From Eledone cirrhosa (taxonomy: Eukaryota): a stretch of DNA of 64,000 nucleotides. Positions 23,010 through 35,225 of the stretch are shown one piece after another. The stretch's first letter is position 1, and each line of letters opens with the position of its first letter. Below the pieces are notes generated by a model that saw only the letters and a program-made list of their open reading frames with translations, had not been told where the DNA came from and ran no database searches. Both the position numbers and the translations under genes were made by a program. The stretch covers positions 270,506,001 through 270,570,000 of the forward strand of contig OZ024742.1 of assembly GCA_964016885.1 (NCBI GenBank). Reading direction: 5' to 3'.

Positions 23010-26000
23010 TTTCATTTATTAGACACAAGGGCCGACGCGTACGGGACAATACAAATACAGAGACAGTGGGGGTTTACAATAAAGGTCGAGTAAAATTGCA
23101 CAATGGCAAGACTGAGTTAACAATGAAGATATAAAATATGAAATAAATTATGTATAAATATAACAAAATCAATTCCCCGTTAGGGGGTGGACGACCCTGG
23201 GGTGACTCCGGTACCCCACCAATCCTGAACCACCCTGCGCTTCTAGGGCACCCAGGGAGAGCACCCTCTCCTCAAGTTAGCTAGCCTATAGGCGGATGGT
23301 CAGAGTAAGCCCATTCACACGGGCCATTATCACCACATTCATCCACCTTTTAGCAAATGTACTGGGGGGGGGGGGGGCACACTTATCTCTCCACCCTCAC
23401 CTCCCTTTCCAGGGGAAACTTGTAGAAGTTTATGAGGGATTGGCCGAATAGAAAAGTGTTTATCTTCAGTCCTTTTAATCTGGCCCACCATATAACCACC
23501 TTTCGCAACGGCCACCGGACAGAGGAACATTGCCTGCTCTTCCTGACCTAAGGAAAGCGGCGGTTCGACCTTCACTATGGACTCGGCCGATAGCCCGATT
23601 CGTTCCCCACGCGACAGTAGCTGTTCGACATAACTCCACAAGTCAGTAATGCACGGACATTGGACAAGTGCGTGCAGAACGGTTTCGTCGTTCTGTGCGC
23701 ATCTTCCATGACTGTAGAGTTTTACCCGAACCGGCAGTCTCCCTCCCCCCCCCGGTATCACTGCCAATCGACGAATTTCTGTAGATTGTCCAACGTACCC
23801 GCTCGAAAGTCGTCCGGTACAGACTGGTCAGTTCGACTTCGTCGAGGCCCAGAGCTTCTCCGAGTGCGTCATTGCACTTGCCCACCATTAATCCTCTATA
23901 GAACTCGAGAGTGGAAGTTCCACTGATCGCATTGCCCGCTTGCTAGAGGGCAGTGAGTACCTGGCAACATTCCAGGTGCCAGTCACCCAGTCTCAGTCTC
24001 TTCTTGACCCAGGACTGCAGATCAGTCAAAGAAATAAGCTGCGGAAAGGCCCGTCAGATAAACGGTGACCACACCTGACCACCGTTTAGACAGAATATCT
24101 GGAGATCTCGCAACCTCAACGCATGTCTGGGCATCATTAGCCGCGGAATGCCCAGCCTTCCGCGTAGAGGGTGCTGGCAGCAGATGGACCGTCTCACCAA
24201 CGGAACTTCTCCCCTCCACAAGAATTTGAAGAGGAGCCGTTCAAACTTGACGAGGCGTGGACGAGGCCGGGCATGACGGATAGGCGGGTGTAGATGACAA
24301 GCGCGATGTACGCATTCGCCACCTCCGCGCGACCTTTCCGTGATAGCTTCCTCCCAGCCCTTTTTGGGAGAGACTGGCTACTCTGCTCATTACCTCGTCC
24401 CAATACTTTTCCACCTGGAGGTCTGGTCCGAAACAAACCCAAGCAACTTTACCGGTCCGTCCGTCGAGCGCCCCACGACGCTGTTGGACGGCATATGCTT
24501 GCCTCTCCAGGTTCCGAGCTGCAAGCTCACCGACTTCTGCGGGTTAAGTTTGGCTCCTGTCAACCTTTCATATTCCTTCAATAAGGTGCCGACCACCTCG
24601 ATTTCTGAGGTGTCCGACACCATCACGGTGATGTCGTCCGCATAAGCCGACACCGCCGTTCACGTCCCGGTTCGAGCGGGATGCCTTGCAACAGCTCCAG
24701 CTTTCGCAGTAAGGGTTCGAGAGTCAATACGTACAGAAGGGAAGAGAGAGGGCACCCTTGACGGACCGATTGAGAGAGCAGAAATGGTTCCGAGAGGTGG
24801 CCATTAACCTTGTACATCGAGCGTGCATTGCAGCCACCCAGACAGGGCCGAAGCCAGCCGCTTTGAGGACAAACGCAAGATACCGATGGTCGACCCTATC
24901 GAATGCTTTCGAAGCCAGGTTTACACCCCACCCTCTCTATGATGTATCGCATGATGTGGGGATTGTTGTGTATGGACCTGGATGGTATTGCGCAAGTTTG
25001 CGCCTCCCCAACCAAATCCTCGACGACAAGCACCAATCTCTTTTCTAACACCTTTGCCAAAATCCTAAACTCTGTGTTGAGCAGAGTTATGTGCCTGAAA
25101 TTGTCTACTTTATCGCTCTTGTTCTCGTCTTTCCTAACCAGCGTCACCACTCCCCTGCTCACAGGACGGAGAATGTTCGCATTCTGCTGCCAGTTTCAGT
25201 AGAGTGCTTTGGGGAGATCGGAGAACAAGTCTGGATCATTTACGTAAGGCTCGTAGGGCAGGCCATCCAAACCGGGTGTCTTGCGCCTCATGCAGCCGAC
25301 AAGGGCGTCCTGAATTTCGGCTGAAGTAATCGGCTATTCGCAGCGCTCAGCATCGACCGTTGAGATGCGCTGCAAGCCGTCAAGGTAGGCACTGAAATCC
25401 GCTACTCTCTGTGACTCGCCACTCTCCCCTAAAAACCGAGCAAACTGCTGGCGAAAGGCTTTACACACCCGCTTGGAATCGCTTATCTCGTGTCCGCCAG
25501 AGACCGAATTGCGGTTTATTACCACGCTGTGCCTCCGCCACGTGGGCCCATCGATTACAGCTTTAGTTTCCTCGTTTCTTAGTGCACGCGCTTTAACTCT
25601 GACATTGCAACCTTCGTGTTTCGCATTGAAGAAATGGTCTAATGCTATTCTCGCCGCTAACACGTCAATTGCAATGACACTACAAATAGCCTCGTCTAAC
25701 TTATCTACCAGCTCCCCTTCTTTCTATTTTCTCTAACGATAGTTCTTTGCTGAACTCTATCGAAATTACTCTAATCTCTCTTTTGAGAGCCCCCCACCAT
25801 ATTTTGTTGATGATCCCCCCCCCCCTGTCAACTTTGGCTTAACTAAATTGTTGACTCGGTCCCTGTAAGCTTTACGTACCGGAAATGACATGTTCAGCTT
25901 CCAGTAACCCGATCCCAACCTACGCGTTTTATCTCGGTCGATCATACAGATCACAAATTTGTGATCTGAATAGGCGACCGTTTTAAAAAGTGGGCAGCCT

Positions 26001-26604
26001 ACACTATTTCTATCTATTTTCCTAATGAAGATCCTATCTATATACGATCTAGATGACCCCATGCGGTTGGTCCATGTCCATACTGGCGCATTGGGGAAAT
26101 CTAGTCGATACCTGTCAGACAGTTGGAACTGGCTGATTAGGTGCTTGAGGCTTTTCACCCCCCGCTCCTATCAGCTACACCTACACAATCCCAGCGTGCG
26201 TCTAAGATGCCATTCCAGTCCCCTCTAACAGTAAAGGGCGAGACGTACCCACAAAGTTCTCCAGGCGCCCAAAGAAGTCCGGTCGTCCTGCCCCTGTAGG
26301 GGCGTAGACGGCCAGTAGTCTAAAGGCACCACCTTCGCTACTGCTCACATTCAAACCACCAATTTACCGTCCGGGTTGCGGAAGATCGACTTTACGTTGA
26401 GATCCAGTTCTTTCCTAAACAACACTTCCACCCCACCTCCCAATCCGGGCCTGCTAACAGATGCGAATATCTGATAGTCGTCGAAAATGGGGGCTAGTGA
26501 GCGCGTGTCGGAAAGACTGGTCTCGCTGGCGGCAATCACATACATTTCCAGGGACCTGATGTCGTTGAGCAGGCGACCCTGCTTCAAGGGTGACCCCAGG
26601 CCAC

Positions 26605-26605
<1 letters not shown>
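23010..26605 (-). mobile_element. Tx1-clade LINE, ORF2 region, many frameshifts
   Basis: RGLGSPLKQG, SETS, SYIDRIF, YSDH, FRHITLLN, VRQGCPLS, AYADD; (AAT)n on both sides. Confidence 0.9.
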
Positions 26606-26646
<41 letters not shown>

Positions 26647-26647
26647 G

Positions 26648-28419
26648 TAAAATGCTCAATGAAACAAAACCATTACGTAAAATGCTCAATGAAACAAAAC
26701 ATGGATATAAAGTCTATGACAAAACCATTAATCACTTGTTGTATGGATGACCTGAAACTATTTGCAAAAAATGATGAACAATTGCAAGAGCTATTATCCA
26801 CTGTGGACAGTTCAATGATGACATTAAAATGGAGTTTGGACTAGATAAATGCGCCAAAGCAACGTTCACCAGAGGAAAGCTGCTGAAAACTTCAGACATT
26901 AATCTTGATCGGGGGAATGTGATAAGAGAACTTGATCTAGAGGAAACTTACACATATATCGGTGTTTGTGAAGGGGACGGAATCAAGCACTCGACAATGA
27001 GGGAAAGGATAAGGAAGGAATGTTAACGCAGAGTAAGAGCAATCTTAAGAACGGAATTCAATGCAAGGAATAGGATCGATGCCATAAACACGCTTGCCAT
27101 ACCAGTAGTAACCTACAGTTACATTGTCATCAAATGGTCAAGCACACAGATCCGTAGGCTCGATACAAAAATTCGAAAATTCTTAACCATGCACAGAATG
27201 CATCACCCTAAGGTAGATACAGATAGAATATATCTCCCTAGGAAAGAAGGAGGACGTGGGTTAATCCAGTTAGATATTGCGTTGAAAACTGCAACAATTG
27301 GATTATCTACATATCTAAGGGAATCACATGATTGGATGATCAAACTCGTTTTGAAACACGAAAGCATCAAAAGATTATACTCCATTACAAAAGATGCACA
27401 ATGATACAGTAATGGACTATACATTTCAGAAGTCCCATTTACTGCTGGAATTGAAAACACAGAAAAAGCAAAGCACCTAAAAGTAACTGCAAAGAAAGAA
27501 CTGCTACAGAAATTGGCTAAGAAATGGCAAGAAAAGCCTCTGTATGGAAAATACCCAGAGCGAGCTAACAATCCTGATTTTGACTGAAATCGGAGACTGA
27601 AAGACTGATTATATCAGCACAAGATCAGTGTCTGCCAACAAAAAATTACCAAGCCAACATAATAAAAAATGGATGCAACCCATTGTGCCGTATATGTATA
27701 AAACAACCAGAGACCAGTGATCATATAATTTCAATGTGCAGTCCTATAGCTCCAACCGAATACCTAAACAAGCATGACAGAGCTGCACAATACATACATT
27801 GGATAAAGTGTAAACATTTTGACATGCCCCATCAAAAGAATTGGTGGGAGCATCAACCACCTCCCATACTTGAAAACGATCACAACTCAATCTTGTGGAA
27901 CTTTAGCATCCAAATAGACAGAAAGATAGATGCAAATAGACCTGATATAATACTGAAGGACTTTAAAAATCGGGTATGCCTGCTAATTGATATGTCCGTT
28001 CCAATAGAGAAGAATGTATCTATAAAAACATTTGAAAGATTGAGCAAGTATAAAAACCTGGAGATATAAAATGGAAAAATGTGGAAATTGAGAACTAAAA
28101 CAATACCAGTGGTTGTACGCGCTCTAGGAATGATACCTAAGGGGTGTAATGATTACTTATCGCAAATCCCAGGAAACCCGCGTATAGGAGAAATACATAA
28201 GATTGTACTAATGGGAATTGCCCAAATACTAAGGAAGATTCTGTCAATATATGTAAATCACAAGTCCAAACACCTAAATATGCATGTGTGTGTATGTATG
28301 TTCTTTCTGGAACATGGCGGACCTTGTTGTCTCTTGAGGTCACTGGTTGTGACTTGGTGATAACTCGTATTAAAATAAAGCAAGTTAAATGCAAATATAA
28401 TAATAATAATAATAATAAT
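26648..28419 (+). mobile_element. R4/Dong-clade family 2, 5'-truncated and disrupted, (AAT)n tail
   Basis: MDDLKLFAK, MEFGLDKCA, RIYLPRKEGGRGL, CRIC...HIISMC, RPDIIL..IDMSVP; flanked by (AAT)n. Confidence 0.9.
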
Positions 28420-29089
28420 TACAAGGAGGAGTCTAGCCCACTCTGTAGGAGCTGTGGAGAGAGAGAGGAGACTGTGGCTCACATTGTATCCGAGTGTAAA
28501 TACCTAGCCCAGACTCACTATAAAGGCTGGAGACATGATGTGATGGGCAGGGTAATCCACTGGCACCTATGCAAAGTAAACAATTTACCATATTCTGAGA
28601 AGTGGTATGAGCATAAGCCAGAGTTGGTGATAGAAAACTATCAGGCGAAGGTGCTATGGGATTTTAGGATACAGACGGACAAGAAACTGGAACATAATAG
28701 ACCTTACCTGGTGGTTTGGGCAAGGAAAAAATGCTTGTGCCTGATTGTAGATGTAGCCTGCCCATTTGACACGAGTGTGCAAGAAAATGAGGGGGGGGGG
28801 GAATTAACCGATACCGGGACTTAAAGTGGGAGGTAAAAAGGATTTGGGACTGCATGAAATCAGAGTCGTTCCGATTGTCTTAGGCGCACTAGGTACTATA
28901 TCAAACAGTTTCCGAGTATGATTAAAGAAAATTAGTCAAGCCCCACTTCTTGGAGCACTTCAAAAGGCATGCTTGCTGGGAACAAGGACCCTCCGACGTA
29001 CTATATATCTGAGGCTGCAGGTAGAAGCTTGATATTCATTTCAACAAACTTTCCAGTTAAATAACATCAATGAATGAGACTCAAAGAAC

Positions 29090-29164
<75 letters not shown>
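28420..29164 (+). mobile_element. R4/Dong family 1, 3' fragment plus long (AAT)n
   Basis: close copy of 22158-22830 followed by about 25 AAT units. Confidence 0.9.
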
Positions 29165-29166
<2 letters not shown>

Positions 29167-29425
29167 TTTTTTTATTAACCACAAGGGTTTACATAAAGTA
29201 GACATTAAGGACAGTGCAGGACAATGCAGGACGGTACAAATGGGCATTTCTGCGTGTAAAAAACAAAAACAGAGGATGTAACAAAAATAACAATGAAAAT
29301 AACAATGAAAAATTCCCCAATAGGGGGGAGACTTCGGAGGGACATTTGTGGAGAAAGCCCAGTAAAAAGCCACAATGACCCTGACCACCAAGGCAAGTGC
29401 CCTCTCCCAGTTTTCCACCTTTAGT

Positions 29426-32400
29426 TTACAGATATATACTCAGAGTCGGCCCATTCACTCGGGCCATTCTTGCTTCTCTCACCCATCTTTCAACAAAATG
29501 CTGGGAAGAGAGCACTTCCCTCTCTACTCTGATTTTCCTTTTCAAATGAAATTTGAAAAAGTCAATCAGAGCATCACCGAAGAGGTAAGTGCTCGTCTTC
29601 AGCCCTTTCAAACGTGTCCACCATACTATCTCTTTCGCCATGGCCACAAGACAGATAAAAACTGCCTGCCCTTCCCGGCTAAAGGAGGAGGGCGGGGCAA
29701 TCCTCACGATAGACTCAGATGATAGCTGGATCCGTCCTAAACGCGACAGCAGGTGTTCGACATAAACCCACAAGTCAGCAATTTTCGGACACTGGACGAG
29801 TGCGTGCAGGACGGTTTCGTCGCCCTGCGCGCATCTCGGACATGCCCGGCTGACGGCACCTCCATGCCTGTAGAGTTTATCCCGAACTGGCAAGGCTCCT
29901 CGGTAGCACTGCCAGGCCAGAGATTTCTGGAAGTTGTCCATAGGCCCTGGCCCGAAAGTTCTTCCGAAGAGATTGGCTAGTTGATTTTCGTCGACGCCTA
30001 GAGTTTCCCCAAGTACGTCGTCGCTCTTCCCCTCCACTAATCCTCTATAGAACGCCGAGGTGGAGTTTCCACCGATCACATTGCCCGATTGGTCGAGGGC
30101 TGTGAGCGCCTGAAGACATTCCAGTCTCCAGGCGCTCCCTCTCGGTCTTCGCTTGACCCAGGACTGCAGCTCCGTCAAGGAAACGAGCTGGGGAAACACG
30201 CGTCTAGCAAACGGCGACCACACCTGATCACCGTCGAGGAAGAGGTGGAGATGTCGTAGCCTGAGCGCGTGCCTGCGCATCATCAGCCACGGCATGCCCA
30301 GCCCTCCACGTAGCGGGTGTTGACAACAGATGGACCGCCTGACCATCGGAGCGCGTCCCTTCCACAAAAAGCGAAAGAGCAAACGCTCCAGCACAGTCAG
30401 GCGAGGCTTAGGACAAGGTACGACGGTCAGGCGGTAGCAGATGACGGACGCGATGTACGCGTTAGCCACCTCCGCTCGACCTTTCAGGGATAGCTTCCTC
30501 TCCGCCCATTTCTGGGTGAGAGAAGCCACCCTGCTCGTCACCTCGTCCCAGTTTTTGTCCGTCTGGAGGTCCGGACCGAACCAGACCCCTAGCAATTTAA
30601 CCGGTCCGTCCGTCCAGCGTCCGACGACGCTGTTGGACGGCATGGACCTGCCTCTCCAGGTGCCGAGCTGCAGGCCCACTGACTTTTCCTGGTTGATCAT
30701 TGCTCCTGTCACCGCTTCGTATTCTCTTAGTGTAGTGCCGATCGCCTCGATGTGTTTGGCGTTCGACACCACTACGGTGACATCGTCCGCATATGCTGAT
30801 ACGGATCTTCCGCATCCTAGTTCGCGCGGGACCCCCCTCAACGTCTCCAGTTTGTGCAGTAATGGCTCGAGAGTCAATACGTACAAGAGGGACGAGAGGG
30901 GACATCCTTGGCGGACCGAGCGCATGATGTTGAACGGTTCCGACAGGTGACCGTTCACTCTCACCACAGAGCAGATGTCGCTGTGCATGGCAGCGATCCA
31001 GCCTCTGAAGACGGGCCCAAAGCCAGCCGCCCTCAGGACTGCCGCTAGGTAACGATGGTCGACCCTATCGAAAGCTTTCGACTGATCTAAATTGATCAAG
31101 GACCCACCCGTGCCAGGTTCCCTAGCTACCCTCTCTACGATGTATCGCATGAGGTGGAGGTTGTCGTGGATGGATCTGTCGGGAATGGCGCATGTCTGCG
31201 CCTCTCCCACCAGACCACCAACGACAAGCGCCAACCTCTTTGCTAGCACCTTGGCCAAAATCTTAAACTCTGTGTTTAGCAGAGTTATGGGCCGGAAATT
31301 GTCTATGTTATCCCCCTTGTTCGGATCCTTTCTCAGCAGTGCCACCGCTCCTCGGCTCACAGAACTGGGAATTCTCCCGTTCTGTTGCCAGTTGCAGTAG
31401 ACGTCCGCCAAGAGGCCTCCGAACAAGTCTGGCATCTGTACGTAAAGTTCATAGGGCAGACCATCCAAACCAGGCGATTTACCCCTTGTGCAGCCAGTCA
31501 TTGCCTCCCTTACTTCAGCGGCTGTTATCGGCTTTTCGCAACACTTCGCCTCAGTGGCCGAGAGCCGCGGCAGTCCGTCGAGGTAGACACTAAAGTCCAT
31601 CCCTCTACCCGGCCCCCCGCTGCCCCCGAACAGCTGAGCGAAGTGTCGCTGAAAAGCTTCACACATTTGCCCGGGATCGAGTAGCATGCGCCCGTCGTGG
31701 TCCACCAAAGACCGGATCGTGGCTTTGTTGCCACGACGCGCCTCCGCCACTCGGGCCCATTGAACGGCTTTCGTCCCCTCGTGTCTGAGAGCACGCACCC
31801 TAGCTCTGACAACGCAGCCTTCGTGCTTTGCATTGAAGAATTGGTCAAGGGCCAATTTCGCCGCAAGCACGTCGGTCGCAATGCCTTTGCTAAGCGCCTC
31901 GTCTAATTTTCTAACTAGTTCTCCCTCTGCTCTATTTTTCTCTATTGCTAAAGCCTTACTAAACCTAATCGATTCTATTCTAATCGCTCTTTTCAGAGCA
32001 AACCACCACTTGTTGTTGACGATGGCCCCCGTCAACGCCCGCTTAACTAGTTCGCTAATCCGGTCTCTGTAGGCCTTGCGCGCTGGTAAGGACGCGTTTA
32101 GCTTCCAGTAGCCGGGTCCTCGTCTATGAAGCCTATCTAAGTCAAGCACACAGATCACGAATTTGTGGTCCGTGTAGCTGACTATCTTGAATTGTGGACA
32201 GCCTATGCTAGACCTATCTATTTCCCTACAAAATACTCTATCTAGATATGATCTGGATGACCCTATGCGGTTTGTCCAAGTCCACATTGGCACATTCGGG
32301 AAATCCAATCGGTACCTGTCAGACAGTTCAAAACGCCTGAGCAGGTTGGTGAGGCTCTTGCACCCTCCACCCCTATCCGCTAATCCCACACAGTCCCAGC

Positions 32401-32845
32401 GTGCATCTAAGATCCCGTTCCAGTCGCCCACTAACACTAAAGAGCGGGACGCTCCAAGAAAGGTCTCCAGACGCCGGAAGAAATCAGGCCGCCCTGCTCC
32501 TGTCGGAGCATAGACGGCCACTAGCCTGAAAGCTTGCCCGTCTCCGCTGGTCACGTCCAGCACCACCAGCTTACCCTCTGGGTCCAGGAAGATGGCCCGT
32601 ATGGCGAGATCCAAACCTCTCCGAAAAAGCACAGCAACTCCTCCACCCGATCCAGGACGGCTGGGAGATGCGTACACATCGTAGCCGCCGAAGATCGGTA
32701 CGAAGGCCCGTGCTTCGGAGATTCTGGTCTCGCTGATGGCCACTACATCTATGTTTAGTGACCTGAGGTCGTTGAGCAGGTGACCCTGTTTCCATGACGA
32801 CCCCAAGCCACGCGCATTTATGCTGCCTATTCTGAGTGAGGTCAT
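29426..32845 (-). CDS. Tx1-like ORF2: APE endonuclease, reverse transcriptase, C-terminal Zn motif (1139 aa)
   Basis: APE: INARGL, SETR, VYAP, GDWN, YLD, TDH; RT: SPGLDGL, FRPITLLN, LDQSKAFD, VRQGCPLS, AYADD; CPRC...HALVQC; uninterrupted. Confidence 0.95.
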   Translation of the reverse strand: MTSLRIGSINARGLGSSWKQGHLLNDLRSLNIDVVAISETRISEARAFVPIFGGYDVYASPSRPGSGGGVAVLFRRGLDLAIRAIFLDPEGKLVVLDVTSGDGQAFRLVAVYAPTGAGRPDFFRRLETFLGASRSLVLVGDWNGILDARWDCVGLADRGGGCKSLTNLLRRFELSDRYRLDFPNVPMWTWTNRIGSSRSYLDRVFCREIDRSSIGCPQFKIVSYTDHKFVICVLDLDRLHRRGPGYWKLNASLPARKAYRDRISELVKRALTGAIVNNKWWFALKRAIRIESIRFSKALAIEKNRAEGELVRKLDEALSKGIATDVLAAKLALDQFFNAKHEGCVVRARVRALRHEGTKAVQWARVAEARRGNKATIRSLVDHDGRMLLDPGQMCEAFQRHFAQLFGGSGGPGRGMDFSVYLDGLPRLSATEAKCCEKPITAAEVREAMTGCTRGKSPGLDGLPYELYVQMPDLFGGLLADVYCNWQQNGRIPSSVSRGAVALLRKDPNKGDNIDNFRPITLLNTEFKILAKVLAKRLALVVGGLVGEAQTCAIPDRSIHDNLHLMRYIVERVAREPGTGGSLINLDQSKAFDRVDHRYLAAVLRAAGFGPVFRGWIAAMHSDICSVVRVNGHLSEPFNIMRSVRQGCPLSSLLYVLTLEPLLHKLETLRGVPRELGCGRSVSAYADDVTVVVSNAKHIEAIGTTLREYEAVTGAMINQEKSVGLQLGTWRGRSMPSNSVVGRWTDGPVKLLGVWFGPDLQTDKNWDEVTSRVASLTQKWAERKLSLKGRAEVANAYIASVICYRLTVVPCPKPRLTVLERLLFRFLWKGRAPMVRRSICCQHPLRGGLGMPWLMMRRHALRLRHLHLFLDGDQVWSPFARRVFPQLVSLTELQSWVKRRPRGSAWRLECLQALTALDQSGNVIGGNSTSAFYRGLVEGKSDDVLGETLGVDENQLANLFGRTFGPGPMDNFQKSLAWQCYRGALPVRDKLYRHGGAVSRACPRCAQGDETVLHALVQCPKIADLWVYVEHLLSRLGRIQLSSESIVRIAPPSSFSREGQAVFICLVAMAKEIVWWTRLKGLKTSTYLFGDALIDFFKFHLKRKIRVEREVLSSQHFVERWVREARMARVNGPTLSIYL

Positions 32846-32880
32846 GTTTAAAATAGAGTGGAAAAGATGGGAAAGACCAC

Positions 32881-34977
32881 TTACCGTACTTTTGGTAGAG
32901 GAGGGATGGTTTTTACATCCCTTTTCACTTGATCGTCTGGTGAAGGGACCGTTGAATCGTCCCTTCGGCTGGTCGTCGGCTCTTCTAAGAGAATGTCTGA
33001 GTATACTCTTCGATTGATGGTTCCTCCTATTTCCCTGAAATCACCAACTGCGTTGGGGAATTTCGTTTTAATGTTTGTGTATTGTTTCTGTGCTATTTTT
33101 AGCAGTCTTATGTTAGTTGGCGTTTTGATTGGTGCTGGTATTATGTAGTCCTGTTGTGAAATGTCTGTGTGTTCAATTATGTAAGTCATTAGTTTCTTGT
33201 TGTGTGTATTTATTGCCGTGCATTTGTTTTTCTGGGGGTGGGGTGTGGTTCTGCTATTTTCTTGTCGTTGTTGCTGGGTGTGTGTGTTTTGTTGTTGTGT
33301 TTGCGATGTTGGTGCTTGTGGTGGTGGTGTTGAAGGTGTTGTTGGCGGTGGGGTTGTCGCCGGTGGTGATGGTGGTGCTAGTGTGGGTGGTGATGGTGTT
33401 GGTGTTGTTGCTGCTGTGGGTCTCTTTGCAGTAGACTTTACCCTTTTCTCATTTCTTTCCTCCCTTTTCAAAGGCGACGATGCGCTGCTTCTGCGTTTGT
33501 GCCTTCTTGCGACCTTTTGCCATCCCTCTCCCACCTCACACTCCATGTCTGATTCTGTGAGGTCGGGGAGGGGTACCAGCTCCACTCTTTCACTTGTTGT
33601 TGTTGGTGATGTTTGCACTGGAGTCTCTGTTGCAGCTGCATTTGGTATTGCTGTTGTTGTTGTTAATATTTCCACTGCTGCTGCTGTTTTTGATTTCCGT
33701 GGCGTGGGTATGGGTGCCACGGACCTATCGTTCCTGGTTGCCGCTTGTCCTGTTGCTGGTAGCCGTGGAGCCGGATTCGGAAGGAGGGGGGTTTTCTCCT
33801 TTCTCAGGGTCTTCTCGTTGCAGAAGGCCCTGAGGTGAGTCTTCGATCCACAGCGAAAGCATTTCGGGCGTTTGCCCTCAACACTTATGGGCAGTTGAGT
33901 GCCGTTATCGAAGTCTATCACATCCGGGATAGCTTCGATGCACTCCTGGTTGGTTTGGATTAGCATCTCAATGGAGGAGCCGACCCAATCTTCTCTTACT
34001 TTTTTCTGTACTTGCAGTACAGTTGATTTGTCCTCGATTCCGATTAGGACAGACGCGGCCAGCCAAGAAGGGGTCATTCCGGGGGGGACGTGGGTCAGTT
34101 TGACCCTCACAATTTTTTGCCCGCAGTAGGAGGGCACCAACACCATTTCCTCGCTCCTTAGGGTCACTACTGATTGGGCCTTTGCCTCCTGGGGTGTGGC
34201 AAAAAGTACGTCTACGGTGGCATATTTTTTGCCTCGGGTGATGTGCGTTTTCCGCTGCCACACAGACCCCAAGGCTTTTTGTATTTGGGCCTCTGTGGCT
34301 CTTTCCACCCTACGGGATTTTGTACTTACTGTACGGTACGTGACCGTACAGTGCTCTTGGGTTTTGAAAAATCTTTCCGCTGCCTTGCAGATTGCTCGGT
34401 GTCCGTTCTTTGTCACCATCTTCTTCGCTTCCTCTAATTCCTCATTTGTTATGAGGATTGTTTCCAAGTTTTTCGCAATACCTGCAAATGAGATTGGTTT
34501 TTCTCTGCTGTTGTTGTTGTCGTCAGAGCTGCTTGTACTTTTGTTGTTGCTGCAGGTACTACGACTACTGCCTCCGCCGCTGTTGCTGTGGTTGTTGTTG
34601 GTGTTGCTGCTGCTAATGCTGTTGTTGTTTATGCTGCTGGTGATGCTGTTGCGGCTGCTACTGTTGTTTTCATTGTCACTGTTGCAGTTGTTATTACGGC
34701 TGCTACTGCTATTATTCCTGACGTCAGACGAATGAACTGGGTTTTCGTATTTCCCGCACACCTGTTTCGTCGCTGTCGTCGTCGTCGTGGAGAAACCTTG
34801 CACGCTTTGCACGAGACTTTTCTTTTCTTTCGTCACTTGCGAAAGAGAAGGGAGGGAGAGAGACACATTTAAAGAAGGGAGGGAGAGAGACAATCTTCTC
34901 TCTGCTGTAGTGATGATTGAGGAAGAAGAAGACGGAATGAGTGGGAGTGACGTATGAAATTTCTTTTTCGTAGCCAT
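32881..34977 (-). CDS. Tx1-like ORF1 gag-like nucleic-acid-binding protein (698 aa)
   Basis: CCHC knuckle CFRCGSKTHLRAFC, RRM-like segment upstream, Ser/Asn-rich and Pro/Thr-rich linkers; directly upstream of ORF2. Confidence 0.88.
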   Translation of the reverse strand: MATKKKFHTSLPLIPSSSSSIITTAERRLSLSLPSLNVSLSLPSLSQVTKEKKSLVQSVQGFSTTTTTATKQVCGKYENPVHSSDVRNNSSSSRNNNCNSDNENNSSSRNSITSSINNNSISSSNTNNNHSNSGGGSSRSTCSNNKSTSSSDDNNNSREKPISFAGIAKNLETILITNEELEEAKKMVTKNGHRAICKAAERFFKTQEHCTVTYRTVSTKSRRVERATEAQIQKALGSVWQRKTHITRGKKYATVDVLFATPQEAKAQSVVTLRSEEMVLVPSYCGQKIVRVKLTHVPPGMTPSWLAASVLIGIEDKSTVLQVQKKVREDWVGSSIEMLIQTNQECIEAIPDVIDFDNGTQLPISVEGKRPKCFRCGSKTHLRAFCNEKTLRKEKTPLLPNPAPRLPATGQAATRNDRSVAPIPTPRKSKTAAAVEILTTTTAIPNAAATETPVQTSPTTTSERVELVPLPDLTESDMECEVGEGWQKVARRHKRRSSASSPLKREERNEKRVKSTAKRPTAATTPTPSPPTLAPPSPPATTPPPTTPSTPPPQAPTSQTQQQNTHTQQQRQENSRTTPHPQKNKCTAINTHNKKLMTYIIEHTDISQQDYIIPAPIKTPTNIRLLKIAQKQYTNIKTKFPNAVGDFREIGGTINRRVYSDILLEEPTTSRRDDSTVPSPDDQVKRDVKTIPPLPKVR

Positions 34978-35192
34978 GTTGTTTTTTGTTTAAAATGAAA
35001 TTTTGGGTACAAAACCCCAATAACTGGTTATTTAACCCCGAAGGGCCAAATAACGGACAGAAAGACCCCTCTCACGAGGAGGAGGGTGTCTTTATCAACA
35101 ATTTGGTTCAAGTTTTAAACAATTTACAATTGTTTTAACGGTTAAAAATTACTATACCTTACAGAGCCGAGCCTCCGTCAACCATGGCATTC

Positions 35193-35225
35193 AATAATAA
35201 TAATAATAATAATAATAATATTAAT
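35193..35225. repeat. (AAT)n target tract between two Tx1 copies
   Basis: direct reading. Confidence 0.9.

Larger units (their letters stand above)
29165..35192 (-). mobile_element. Full-length, apparently intact Tx1-clade LINE inserted in an (AAT)n/(ATT)n microsatellite
   Basis: ~215-nt 5'UTR, ORF1, 35-nt spacer, ORF2, ~260-nt 3'UTR ending AATAAAAAAATC; (ATT)n directly at both ends. Confidence 0.93.

Noticed and set aside
28288-28824. 178-aa ORF with poly-Asn
   Set aside because: Chance read-through from the Dong2 3'UTR across (AAT)n into a Dong1 fragment
33129-34872. Plus-strand Val/Leu/Gly-rich ORFs
   Set aside because: Antisense shadows of the low-complexity ORF1
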